A stretch of DNA of 39,870 bases, from assembly GCA_024653575.1 (NCBI GenBank), contig JANLIJ010000156.1, positions 1 through 39,870 of the forward strand, given 5' to 3'. The translations under genes were made by a program, and so were the position numbers. Source of the DNA: Candidatus Kaiserbacteria bacterium (GTDB lineage: Bacteria; Patescibacteriota; Minisyncoccia; Phycocordibacterales; UBA918). Of this stretch, positions 6,961 to 15,436 are shown piece after piece. Positions within the stretch are counted from its first letter, which is position 1. Each line of letters starts with the position of its first letter. Under the pieces are notes generated by a model. It saw only the letters and a program-made list of their open reading frames with translations. It made no database searches and had not been told where the DNA came from.

Positions 6961-8070
6961 ATGCGTATGAAATTTCTAGTCAGCCTTTGTTTTTTCCTAA
7001 CCCCGTTTCTTCTCAATGCACAAGAGGTGTATCAAGAACTTCAAGAGACCGTTCGAGCTGAGGTCTTACAAATTCTCCATGAAGAAGTGCGAGATATTAT
7101 CGGTACCGATACGAATGCACTTGTACAAGAGGTTCGCGTCCGTATAAAGGAAGGAGTTCGAGAAGGAGATGTCACTATTTTTGAGAATGATCTCACTGAG
7201 CTCAATGTCGGTGATTCTATATATGTAAATAGGCTCGTTGATATTGATGGGACGGAATATTATGCTTTCAAGGATGTCGACAGGCGCTTTGCGCTCCTAA
7301 GTCTTTTTGCATGTTTTGCATTCGTACTTATTCTCATCTCTGGATTTCATGGATTTCGTGCCCTCCTCAGTCTTCTTGTGAGTATTGTGGGAATATTTTT
7401 TGTACTCGTTCCGCTCCTCCTCCATGGGTATGATCCTGTTTTCTCAAGTATTATCGTCGCAGGCCTTATTCTTGCGCTTGTACTTTTCTTAACACACGGA
7501 TTCCACTCGCGTACCACTATTGCTTTCCTCGGGACATTTGGTGCAGTCGTTATCACTGGAGTGGTCGCGCTTGTCTGGACACATCTCGCACACTTTACAG
7601 GGCTTAGTTCCGATGAAGCCATTTATCTTAACTTTAGTACAAAAGGAGCGTTGGATTTTGGGGGACTCCTCCTCGGGAGTATTATTATTGGTATCCTCGG
7701 AATATTGGATGACGTCGCCATTACGCAAGCATCGGTCGTTGCCGAGCTCAAGCGTGCAGACATGAATCTTCGGGGGCGGGAATTATATACACGTGCGCTC
7801 CGGGTGGGGCGTGACCACATTGGTTCATTGGTGAATACACTTGCACTTGCATACATTGGAGCGTCGCTCCCGCTCATCCTCCTCTTTAGTGCGGCAGGAT
7901 CGGACATTGTCCTCTCGCTCAATCAGGAACTTGTCGCTGTTGAGCTTGTGCGAATTTTCGTGGGGAGTATTGGGCTCATCCTTGCCGTCCCCATTACAAC
8001 GCTTATTGCTGTGTGGTGGTACGAGCGGTACACTATTCCTCTGGAATGTAATCATGTTCATATACATTAG
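6961..8070 (+). CDS. YibE/F family membrane protein (start possibly 6967, MKF..)
   Basis: N-terminal exported domain plus multiple TM helices. LGILDDVAITQASVVAEL motif. TATACT at 6954-6959 lies 7 nt before the second ATG. Confidence 0.7.
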   Translation: MRMKFLVSLCFFLTPFLLNAQEVYQELQETVRAEVLQILHEEVRDIIGTDTNALVQEVRVRIKEGVREGDVTIFENDLTELNVGDSIYVNRLVDIDGTEYYAFKDVDRRFALLSLFACFAFVLILISGFHGFRALLSLLVSIVGIFFVLVPLLLHGYDPVFSSIIVAGLILALVLFLTHGFHSRTTIAFLGTFGAVVITGVVALVWTHLAHFTGLSSDEAIYLNFSTKGALDFGGLLLGSIIIGILGILDDVAITQASVVAELKRADMNLRGRELYTRALRVGRDHIGSLVNTLALAYIGASLPLILLFSAAGSDIVLSLNQELVAVELVRIFVGSIGLILAVPITTLIAVWWYERYTIPLECNHVHIH

Positions 8071-8112
8071 TGTGGTGTTCAAGGTTCATTATTGTGAAGA
8101 TATTTATTTTGT

Positions 8113-8487
8113 ATGAAATTACTTGAAGAGTTCAAAGCGTTCGCAATGCGGGGGAATGTTATCGACCTCGCGGTTGCTGTAATCATCGGCGGGGCATTTG
8201 GGAAAATCGTCTCATCGCTCGTCGATACAGTAATCATGCCGACTATCGGAATTCTACTCGGAGGAATCAATTTTACTGGATGGGCATTTGTGGTGGGGGA
8301 CTCGACGATTGCATACGGGAAATTTATTCAAGCGATTGTTGACTTCACCATAATCTCATTTGTCATCTTTATGACACTTCGAACATTGAGTCGGTTTGAG
8401 AAGAAGAAAGAGGCTGAGTTGAAGCAAGACGAGCCAAGTGAAGAAGTACTCTTGCTTCGAGAAATTCGAGATAGTTTGAGGAAGTAG
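8113..8487 (+). CDS. mscL: Large-conductance mechanosensitive channel
   Basis: EFKAFAMRGNVIDLAVAVIIGGAFGKIVSSLV is a canonical MscL N-terminus. 124 aa. Confidence 0.95.
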   Translation: MKLLEEFKAFAMRGNVIDLAVAVIIGGAFGKIVSSLVDTVIMPTIGILLGGINFTGWAFVVGDSTIAYGKFIQAIVDFTIISFVIFMTLRTLSRFEKKKEAELKQDEPSEEVLLLREIRDSLRK

Positions 8488-8510
8488 TAGTTATCAAGTT
8501 CGAGTGAAAA

Positions 8511-8541
8511 ACCGGCACGCCCGAAGGGCGTGCCGGTTTTT
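8511..8541 (+). terminator. Rho-independent terminator after mscL
   Basis: ACCGGCACGCC / GGCGTGCCGGT stem followed by TTTT. Confidence 0.85.
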
Positions 8542-8744
8542 CTCATTGGCAAGCAATGTATTAGCTATATGCGCACTCCGAAACACATCCACGACCACTT
8601 CAAGTCTTGCGGTGGCCCGTAAGATGTTGCTATCCACAGCACCATATTTAGGGAATCATCTTCACACTTCAAAAAATCGAGATTTTATATAGACCACCGC
8701 CCGCATAGTCCATTTTGAGCCATAATTCATAATTTTTTTCCGCG

Positions 8745-8753
8745 TGGTATTAT
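8745..8753 (+). promoter_or_regulatory. Candidate extended -10 (TGgTATTAT) giving a ~130 nt nrdA leader
   Basis: Followed by hairpin ACACACG(8761-8767)/CGTGTGT(8779-8785). No ORF lies between it and the nrdA ATG. Confidence 0.35.
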
Positions 8754-8891
8754 TCATGGAACACACGCACTTGCTCTTCGTGTGTCGGCTCCTAGACACA
8801 TGTCGTTTTTCAAGAACCACTATTTGGGTGGCGTGTTTGGAGGCCTCTCTAAAAATTGGATGTAGAAATTTATACATAACACCATCGCTCT

Positions 8892-11786
8892 ATGATCACC
8901 ACAATTATTAAACGCAATGGCACATCAGTACCGTTTGACCCAACGAAGATTGTTATCGTCATGAAGAAGGCCTTTGCTGCAGAGCAGGTGCCTGTTGATG
9001 ATGCAATACTTGAACAAATGACGGGACGCGTTGTTGCCAACCTTGCAACGATGTGTGAGGGGAAGGAAAACTGTCCCACAGTAGAGCAGGTACAGGACCT
9101 TGTGGAGAATACACTCATGGAGCGTGGGTATTTTGGTGTTGCGAAGGCGTACATTCTGTATCGATTTAAGCAGAGTGAAGAGCGAAAACAGGAAGTGGTG
9201 AAGGAGATTGAAGAACAGCGCCTCACGATTGAACGTTCCGATGGAAGTATCGAACAATTTTCACGCGAGAAGATGCGAGCATACCTCATTGAGTTTACGC
9301 TCGGGTATGAGAAGGAAATAGACCTTGATACGATTGTTGCACAGGTTGAGCGTGAAGTGTACGACGGCATCAAGACTGTTGAGATGGCACGACTCGTTAC
9401 CTCGGTACTTCGTTCACGTATTGAAGAGGATCCTGCGTACTCGGTCGTCGCATCGCGTCAGCTTGCACGCCGTATTGCAGATGAGGCTGTTGGTAATTTT
9501 AATAATATCCCAGAAGCAGAGCGGGTGAGTGCGTATCGGAATGCATTCGTCCGAAACATCAAACACGGAGTCGAAGCAAAGAAGTACGACGCAACAATGC
9601 TCTCGTTCAATCTCGAGAAACTTGCTGAGGCAATTCAGATTGAGCGGGATGACCTCTTTAAGTATATTGGTATTGAGACACTCAATGACCGCTACTTTGT
9701 TCGTGTCGAAGGGAGACTCATTGAGACGCCTCAGATGATGTGGATGCGTATTGCAATGGGACTCGCACTCAATGAGAAGGAGAAGGAGGTTCGCGCGATT
9801 GAGTTCTACAACATTATGTCGCTCATGCGCTTTATTCCGTCGACACCGACACTCTTCCATGCGGGAACACCACACCCACAACTCTCGTCGTGTTACCTCA
9901 ACGTTGTTGAGGACGATCTCGGTCACATCTTCAAGGTGTACGGTGACAATGCGATGCTCTCAAAGTGGGCAGGGGGTATTGGTACGGCGTGGAGCAAGCT
10001 TCGTGGTATGGGAGCGGAGATTAAGGCTGCGGGCATTACCTCGCAGGGGGTGATCCCATTCCTCAAGATTGCAAACGACGTCACCGTCGCCATCAATCGT
10101 TCAGGTCGTCGCCGTGGAGCCACTGCGGTGTATATGGAAAACTGGCACATTGATTTTGAAGATTTTATTGAGCTTCGCAAGAATACCGGAGATGAGCGAC
10201 GACGTACACACGATATGAACACCGCTGCGTGGGTCTCAGATGCCTTCATGAAGCGTGTGCGCGACGACGGGCAATGGACACTCCTCTCACCAGATGAAGC
10301 TGTCGACCTCACTGAGACATTTGGAAAGAAATTCGAAGAGCTCTATGAGAAGTATGAGGAGATGGCAGATCGAGGAGAAATCAAACTCTTCAAACGAGTG
10401 AAGGCCCGCGATCTCTGGAAGCGAATGCTCATCATGCTCTTTGAGACAGGGCACCCATGGATTACCTTCAAGGACCCATCGAACGTACGTTCACCACAGG
10501 ACCACGTTGGTGTCGTCCATAGCTCAAACCTCTGTACTGAAATCACGCTCAACACCTCTGCTGAAGAAACTGCGGTGTGTAACCTTGGGTCTATCAATTA
10601 TCCAAAGCACATCATTAACGGTGTCTTTGATAAGGAAATGGTGAAGGTGACCATCACGACGGCGATGCGTATGCTCGACAATGTTATCGACCTCAACTTT
10701 TACCCAACAATCGAAGCGCGTAATTCAAACATGAAGCATCGCCCTGTAGGGCTCGGTATTATGGGCTTCCAAGATGCGCTCTACATGCTCAATATTCCAT
10801 TTGCTTCGGAAGAGTGTGCAGATTTCTCGGACAGTTCAATGGAGATTATTGCGTACCACACAATTCTCGCATCGACCGATCTCGCTCGAGAGCGTGGTGC
10901 ATACCAGAGCTTCAAGGGGTCCAAGTGGGATCGGGGTATTTTCCCTGTCGATACGATTGCACTCCTCGAAGAGGAGCGGGGTATCCCAACAGGCATCGAT
11001 TGTTCTGGGAAACTTGATTGGAGCGTGGTTCGCGAAGCGGTCAAACAGTATGGTATGCGCAACAGCAACACTATGGCCATTGCGCCGACCGCGACAATCG
11101 CAAACATCGCCGGTTCTGTACCAGGGAACGAGCCTATCTATAAGAACATCTACGTGAAGTCGAATATTTCTGGAGACTTCGTTATTGTGAACTCATTCCT
11201 CGTAGAAGACTTGAAAAAGATTGGCCTTTGGGACAGTGAGATGCTCGGTGCTATTAAGTACAACGACGGAAGCCTCAAAGATATTCCGAGTGTCCCCGTT
11301 GAACTCAAGCAGAAGTACAAAGAGACATTTGAAATTGACATGCGTTGGATTATGAAAGCGGGTGCGCGACGAGGGAAGTGGATTGATCAGTCACAGTCAC
11401 TCAACATCTTCTTTAGTGGAACTTCAGGAAAGGAACTTTCAGAGCTCTATACCTATGCCTGGGAAATTGGACTCAAGACTACGTATTACCTCAGGTCGCT
11501 CGCTGCAACACAGGTTGAGAAGTCAACGGTAGGTACTGCAGGGACGCACCTACGAAAAGATGAAGCAAGTAACACAGGGGGGACCTCAATGCCTATGGAG
11601 CAGGTTGCTATGGAGACGATTATTGCAAGTGTCACCGGTACGGTAAGCGAGGCAATTCCATCACCGATTGCAACTCCGTCGCCATTTACACAGGAGGTAC
11701 TCGAAGAAAAAGTGCCCGTTGCAGAAGTAAAACCAAAGATTAAGTTGCATGTGGCAGAGGATGCCATTTGTGAGTCGTGCCAGTAA
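8892..11786 (+). CDS. nrdA: Ribonucleoside-diphosphate reductase alpha subunit (class I), two N-terminal ATP-cone-like modules
   Basis: IIKRNGTSVPFDPTKI and TIERSDGSIEQFSREKM cone starts. Catalytic core motifs SNLCTEI and PTATIANI. C-terminal Cys pair CESC. An nrdB partner lies downstream. Confidence 0.97.
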   Translation: MITTIIKRNGTSVPFDPTKIVIVMKKAFAAEQVPVDDAILEQMTGRVVANLATMCEGKENCPTVEQVQDLVENTLMERGYFGVAKAYILYRFKQSEERKQEVVKEIEEQRLTIERSDGSIEQFSREKMRAYLIEFTLGYEKEIDLDTIVAQVEREVYDGIKTVEMARLVTSVLRSRIEEDPAYSVVASRQLARRIADEAVGNFNNIPEAERVSAYRNAFVRNIKHGVEAKKYDATMLSFNLEKLAEAIQIERDDLFKYIGIETLNDRYFVRVEGRLIETPQMMWMRIAMGLALNEKEKEVRAIEFYNIMSLMRFIPSTPTLFHAGTPHPQLSSCYLNVVEDDLGHIFKVYGDNAMLSKWAGGIGTAWSKLRGMGAEIKAAGITSQGVIPFLKIANDVTVAINRSGRRRGATAVYMENWHIDFEDFIELRKNTGDERRRTHDMNTAAWVSDAFMKRVRDDGQWTLLSPDEAVDLTETFGKKFEELYEKYEEMADRGEIKLFKRVKARDLWKRMLIMLFETGHPWITFKDPSNVRSPQDHVGVVHSSNLCTEITLNTSAEETAVCNLGSINYPKHIINGVFDKEMVKVTITTAMRMLDNVIDLNFYPTIEARNSNMKHRPVGLGIMGFQDALYMLNIPFASEECADFSDSSMEIIAYHTILASTDLARERGAYQSFKGSKWDRGIFPVDTIALLEEERGIPTGIDCSGKLDWSVVREAVKQYGMRNSNTMAIAPTATIANIAGSVPGNEPIYKNIYVKSNISGDFVIVNSFLVEDLKKIGLWDSEMLGAIKYNDGSLKDIPSVPVELKQKYKETFEIDMRWIMKAGARRGKWIDQSQSLNIFFSGTSGKELSELYTYAWEIGLKTTYYLRSLAATQVEKSTVGTAGTHLRKDEASNTGGTSMPMEQVAMETIIASVTGTVSEAIPSPIATPSPFTQEVLEEKVPVAEVKPKIKLHVAEDAICESCQ

Positions 11787-11907
11787 GAGATGCGTATAAT
11801 TGGCAAATTTCTTCGTTAAAACTGCAGTTTTTTCCTCACCATACGCACTGTATGGCTCGGTCAAAAACTTTGTTTCGCCTCGAACTTTACTCAATTATAC
11901 GCATCTC
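11787..11907. repeat. 121 nt long imperfect hairpin starting 1 nt after the nrdA stop
   Basis: Perfect 16 bp basal stem GAGATGCGTATAATTG (11787-11802) / CAATTATACGCATCTC (11892-11907). Apical stem CCATAC/GTATGG around 11847. Confidence 0.7.
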
Positions 11908-11971
11908 AAAACCAAGTAGATAAAAGAGATACGCATTAGAAATACCCCAAATTACAGACAGTCGTGAAAAG

Positions 11972-11980
11972 TGCTAGAAT
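11972..11980 (+). promoter_or_regulatory. Extended -10 TGcTAGAAT upstream of nrdB
   Basis: Followed by a ~50 nt leader with two ATATTCAATAT direct repeats (11989-11999 and 12011-12021). Confidence 0.45.
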
Positions 11981-12029
11981 AGTGACCCATATTCAATATT
12001 TTATTCCCTAATATTCAATATCTTGTATC

Positions 12030-13064
12030 ATGCCGATTAAAAAGAATGCTCCACCAGTAGACATCAACAAGCGACGCGCCATCAACGGCGAAGACGCTGA
12101 CGTGATTCAGCTGTCTCCGATGAAGCACAAGTGGGCGTGGGAGTACTACAACGCTGCAAATGCAAACCACTGGCTTCCAACCGAAATCAGTATGCAACTC
12201 GATATTGAACAGTGGAAGTCACCCACGATTCTCACACAGGATGAACGACATGCATTTGAGACGGTCCTCGGATTCTTTACGACTGCCGATTCAATCGCTG
12301 CAAACAACATCGTCATTGCGAACTATCGTCACATCACCTCACCTGAGATTCGTATGTACCTCCTCCGGCAGGCGTATGAGGAGGCAATTCACACACATGC
12401 GTACCAGTATATTGTGGAGTCGCTCGGAATGGATGAAGCGAAGATTTTCAACATGTATCGTGAGCGAGATGCCATTTACAACAAGGCAAGTTTCATCCTC
12501 GCGTTCAATGAGGGTATTTTCGACCCGACGTTTAAGACGGGGACACTCGAGAACGACCAAAAATATCTCGAAAATCTCTGCATCTTCTCACTTATTGTGG
12601 AGGGCATCTTCTTCTACAGTTCCTTTGCGGTTATGTTTGGATTCCAACGTCAGCACAAGCTTACAGGAAGTGCCGAGCAGATTCAGTACATCATGCGCGA
12701 TGAGTCGATGCACCTCAATTTCGGGTGTCAGCTCATCAATACCATTCGCGAGGAACAGCCAGAGCTCTGGACCAAGGAGTTTCAAGATAAGATTGTGGGG
12801 TACATCAGGGAAGCGGCACGCCTCGAGTACACGTATGCACAGGAGGTATTTCCTGCAGGAATCTTTGGTATGAATGCTTCAGGGTTCAAGCAGTACATCG
12901 AGCACATCGCAGACCGTCGCCTCGAACGCGTGGGGCTCCCTGTACAGTTTGGTGTTGCAAACCCATTCCCATGGATGAGTGAAGCGATCGACCTTCCGAA
13001 AGAAAAGAACTTCTTTGAGACGCGGGTGACTGAATATAAGACTGGTGGTGCTTTAGATTGGTAA
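12030..13064 (+). CDS. nrdB: Ribonucleoside-diphosphate reductase beta subunit (class Ia, radical Tyr present)
   Basis: Diiron ligand motifs TADS and EEAIHTHAY (E118, H121, Y125), plus DESMHLNF. Confidence 0.97.
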   Translation: MPIKKNAPPVDINKRRAINGEDADVIQLSPMKHKWAWEYYNAANANHWLPTEISMQLDIEQWKSPTILTQDERHAFETVLGFFTTADSIAANNIVIANYRHITSPEIRMYLLRQAYEEAIHTHAYQYIVESLGMDEAKIFNMYRERDAIYNKASFILAFNEGIFDPTFKTGTLENDQKYLENLCIFSLIVEGIFFYSSFAVMFGFQRQHKLTGSAEQIQYIMRDESMHLNFGCQLINTIREEQPELWTKEFQDKIVGYIREAARLEYTYAQEVFPAGIFGMNASGFKQYIEHIADRRLERVGLPVQFGVANPFPWMSEAIDLPKEKNFFETRVTEYKTGGALDW

Positions 13065-13102
13065 TTTTTCAAAGTTACACGAGTAATTCTGTGTAACAGT
13101 GT

Positions 13103-13131
13103 AAAACCCCGCGCCAAAGGCGCGGGGTTTT
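13103..13131 (+). terminator. Rho-independent terminator after nrdB
   Basis: AAAACCCCGCGCC-aaa-GGCGCGGGGTTTT. Confidence 0.9.
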
Positions 13132-13244
13132 AGTTCACTCAAATTTTGTTATTGTTGGCCGTAGAGAACTAAAGTAATCAGAGGAGTATATTTATACACA
13201 TCACCACAACCCTCCCCTGTACCTCCGCGATATACTTAACTCAT

Positions 13245-14321
13245 ATGAATAACCCCACCCTCCGGAGCACCCTCATCACCTTCGCCTCATTTATCTTCGT
13301 GATTACGGCAGTAAATGCATGGACTGGCCCATCGGTCTCAGCACCGGACGGCAACGTCTCTGCACCACTCACCATCTCAGCAACATCACAGAGCAAGACA
13401 GGAGGTCTTGATGTGGGGTGGCTCAGTGCAGTCGGCGCAGTGAAGGTAGGATACACCGCAACCGCGTGTACTTCAGACCTTGCCGGTTCACTCCGTTGGA
13501 ACACCGGTGTCATGGAATATTGTAACGGGACGGTTTGGGGACCGTTTGTGGGGAGTGGTACGGGTGGAGGGGGAGAAAATTCATGTTTGACTGGCACGGG
13601 ACTGTTAAAAGCCTACGCAGGGAAGAGTGCCTCGTACACCGCCTCCGGCAGTGCCGTTGGTTCCGCATCTGTAACAGTGACTATTAGTGTAAATCCTGAT
13701 GGGACAGCCGTAACGTGTAGTCGCGGAGGAGGTGGGTCTGCAACACTGACCGCAGCTAATTTGGCCAGTAATGTTAATTCTGCTGGCGGAGGCGCATACG
13801 GTCCCTCCATTACCTATGGTGCAAGCGCGGGATTTGTTTGTGTGGGTAGTGCAAATGGTGTAGGTTCTCAGATGGTGAGCTCGAGAGTTACATTGCCGGC
13901 CTACAATGACAACTTGATTGCTGGAAACTATCTTTACGATGGTTCGTACACATGGAATGACAGCTTAGGGGAAGGTGTGTATGATTCTGGCTCAGCAAGT
14001 CTCGCTTCAGGCGTGGACGCGTTATCTGGCGGTGGTGTAAAGGATAAGTGTCTATCATCTGGTAGTTCTGTAGCAGAAACGGACCCTACAGTACTCACGA
14101 GTGTAAAGGATGGAGTAGATTGGAGTGAAGTGACTGGGAAGCCGACAGCACTAAGGGGGGTTATTGCGGGATGTGATCGTTCTGGCGCTTGTTGGGGCGG
14201 GGCATGGGGGGAACAAGATATCAGTATGCATTGCCCGTCAGGATCAACGGGGCATTCTATGCACCAAACAACTGATGTATATGGACCTGGTTACCACTCA
14301 TATTTTTGCGTGCAGGATTAA
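13245..14321 (+). CDS. Exported Gly/Ser/Ala-rich hypothetical protein
   Basis: N-terminal TM/signal segment LITFASFIFVITAVNA. Low-complexity G/S/A/T-rich body with scattered Cys. GC-rich relative to neighbours. Confidence 0.6.
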   Translation: MNNPTLRSTLITFASFIFVITAVNAWTGPSVSAPDGNVSAPLTISATSQSKTGGLDVGWLSAVGAVKVGYTATACTSDLAGSLRWNTGVMEYCNGTVWGPFVGSGTGGGGENSCLTGTGLLKAYAGKSASYTASGSAVGSASVTVTISVNPDGTAVTCSRGGGGSATLTAANLASNVNSAGGGAYGPSITYGASAGFVCVGSANGVGSQMVSSRVTLPAYNDNLIAGNYLYDGSYTWNDSLGEGVYDSGSASLASGVDALSGGGVKDKCLSSGSSVAETDPTVLTSVKDGVDWSEVTGKPTALRGVIAGCDRSGACWGGAWGEQDISMHCPSGSTGHSMHQTTDVYGPGYHSYFCVQD

Positions 14322-14364
14322 AACTTCGTAGACCAGACTTGATTTTCGGTACAATTTAAATCCT

Positions 14365-14386
14365 CCGCGCTTACGGCGCGGGTTTT
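14365..14386 (+). terminator. Terminator hairpin after 13245-14321
   Basis: CCGCGC / GCGCGG stem followed by GTTTT. Confidence 0.6.
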
Positions 14387-14431
14387 GCATAACGACGATG
14401 TCGTGTTTATTCATTTGCTATACTTAAAATC

Positions 14432-15373
14432 ATGCGACTCGCATCATTGCTGTTGTTACTCACTGCCGTGCTCTTTGGGAGTGGTTTTTGGTATGACTAC
14501 ATAGATACAACGTGTAAAACTCCTGTCTTGTACCATATCGGTGACATCGATTCTCGCTTTGGCACTTCGGCAGAGGAAATCAAGCATATTGCACTTCGTG
14601 CTGAGAGTATGTGGGAGAGTGTACTCAGTGAAGATCTCTTTATATACAGTGAAACAGGAGAGGGACTTCCGCTCAATCTTATCTACGATGAGCGTCAGGA
14701 AAATACGGAACGAGAGGCAGAGGTGCTCGCCGACCTTGAAACGAAGGAGGGAATGAGCGAGAGCGTCGCGGTACAGTATGAGAAGCTCATTACGGAGTTT
14801 CGTGCACTCAAGAAAAAGTATGAATCCCGCGTGATCACCTACGAAGCATCGCTTGATTCATACAATGAAGAGGTGACAAGTTGGAATAACAAGGGAGGGG
14901 CGCCTGAGTCTGTGGTGAAGGATTTAAAAGAGTCTGAACAATCACTGAAAGATGAACAAACAGAGCTTGAACTGCTCGCGAAGAAGCTCAATGCGCTCAC
15001 TGCAGACCTCAACAGGATTGGTGCCCGTGGGAATGAACTCATTACCGATTACAACGGTATCGTACAGAAATATAATACCGAATTTAGTGAGGGGTATGAA
15101 TTCACGCAGGGTGACTACAAGCGAGACTCGATCAATATCTATCAATTTGATTCTGAAGACGAACTGGTTATTGTCCTTGCGCACGAGTTTGGGCACGCGC
15201 TTTCACTTGACCATGTTCAGAATGAGCAGTCAGTCATGTATCACCTTATGGGTGGTCAGAGTATTGCTGAAGGGGTCAGTATCGAAGATGTGTCTGAATT
15301 CACCCGCATGTGCAAGAATAAGACTGTTTTTCAGAGAGTTGTAAACTTCATTGCAGAGGCCTTTGCTCTTTAG
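14432..15373 (+). CDS. Membrane-anchored matrixin-like zinc metalloprotease
   Basis: HEFGHALSLDH zinc motif (HExxHxxxxxH) followed by a Met-turn (SVMYH). N-terminal TM segment and a central coiled-coil-like region. TGcTATACT lies 7 nt before the ATG. Confidence 0.8.
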   Translation: MRLASLLLLLTAVLFGSGFWYDYIDTTCKTPVLYHIGDIDSRFGTSAEEIKHIALRAESMWESVLSEDLFIYSETGEGLPLNLIYDERQENTEREAEVLADLETKEGMSESVAVQYEKLITEFRALKKKYESRVITYEASLDSYNEEVTSWNNKGGAPESVVKDLKESEQSLKDEQTELELLAKKLNALTADLNRIGARGNELITDYNGIVQKYNTEFSEGYEFTQGDYKRDSINIYQFDSEDELVIVLAHEFGHALSLDHVQNEQSVMYHLMGGQSIAEGVSIEDVSEFTRMCKNKTVFQRVVNFIAEAFAL

Positions 15374-15436
15374 GATTCACTGCGGTACCATAGAAGTACG
15401 TTATACATCAAAACATTAATAAGTAATAGAAAAAAT

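Noticed and set aside
8600-8835. NrdR boxes upstream of nrdA (CACCATATTTAGGG near 8640 and CCACTATTTGGGTGG near 8816).
   Set aside because: Both are only partial matches to the 16 bp acaCwAtATaTwGtgt palindrome. The two candidates are about 180 bp apart instead of the usual tandem ~31 bp spacing. This cannot be scored without a PWM.
12381-12404. nrdB being a radical-less class Ic (Chlamydia-type) R2.
   Set aside because: The EEAIHTHAY motif retains Tyr four residues after the ligand His (Y125, codon 12402-12404). The first ligand is Asp (TADS). This is consistent with a class Ia tyrosyl-radical R2.
12160-12873. Long alternative-frame or antisense ORFs inside well-supported genes. Examples are 12160-12873 in nrdB, 22961-23626 antisense to glyA, 33386-33931 antisense to the 670 aa gene, 9414-9926 and 8870-9373 in or near nrdA, and 30887-31384 in ileS.
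   Set aside because: They have Ser/Arg/Cys-rich, low-information translations. Each is fully contained in a gene with unmistakable family motifs. They are typical shadow ORFs.
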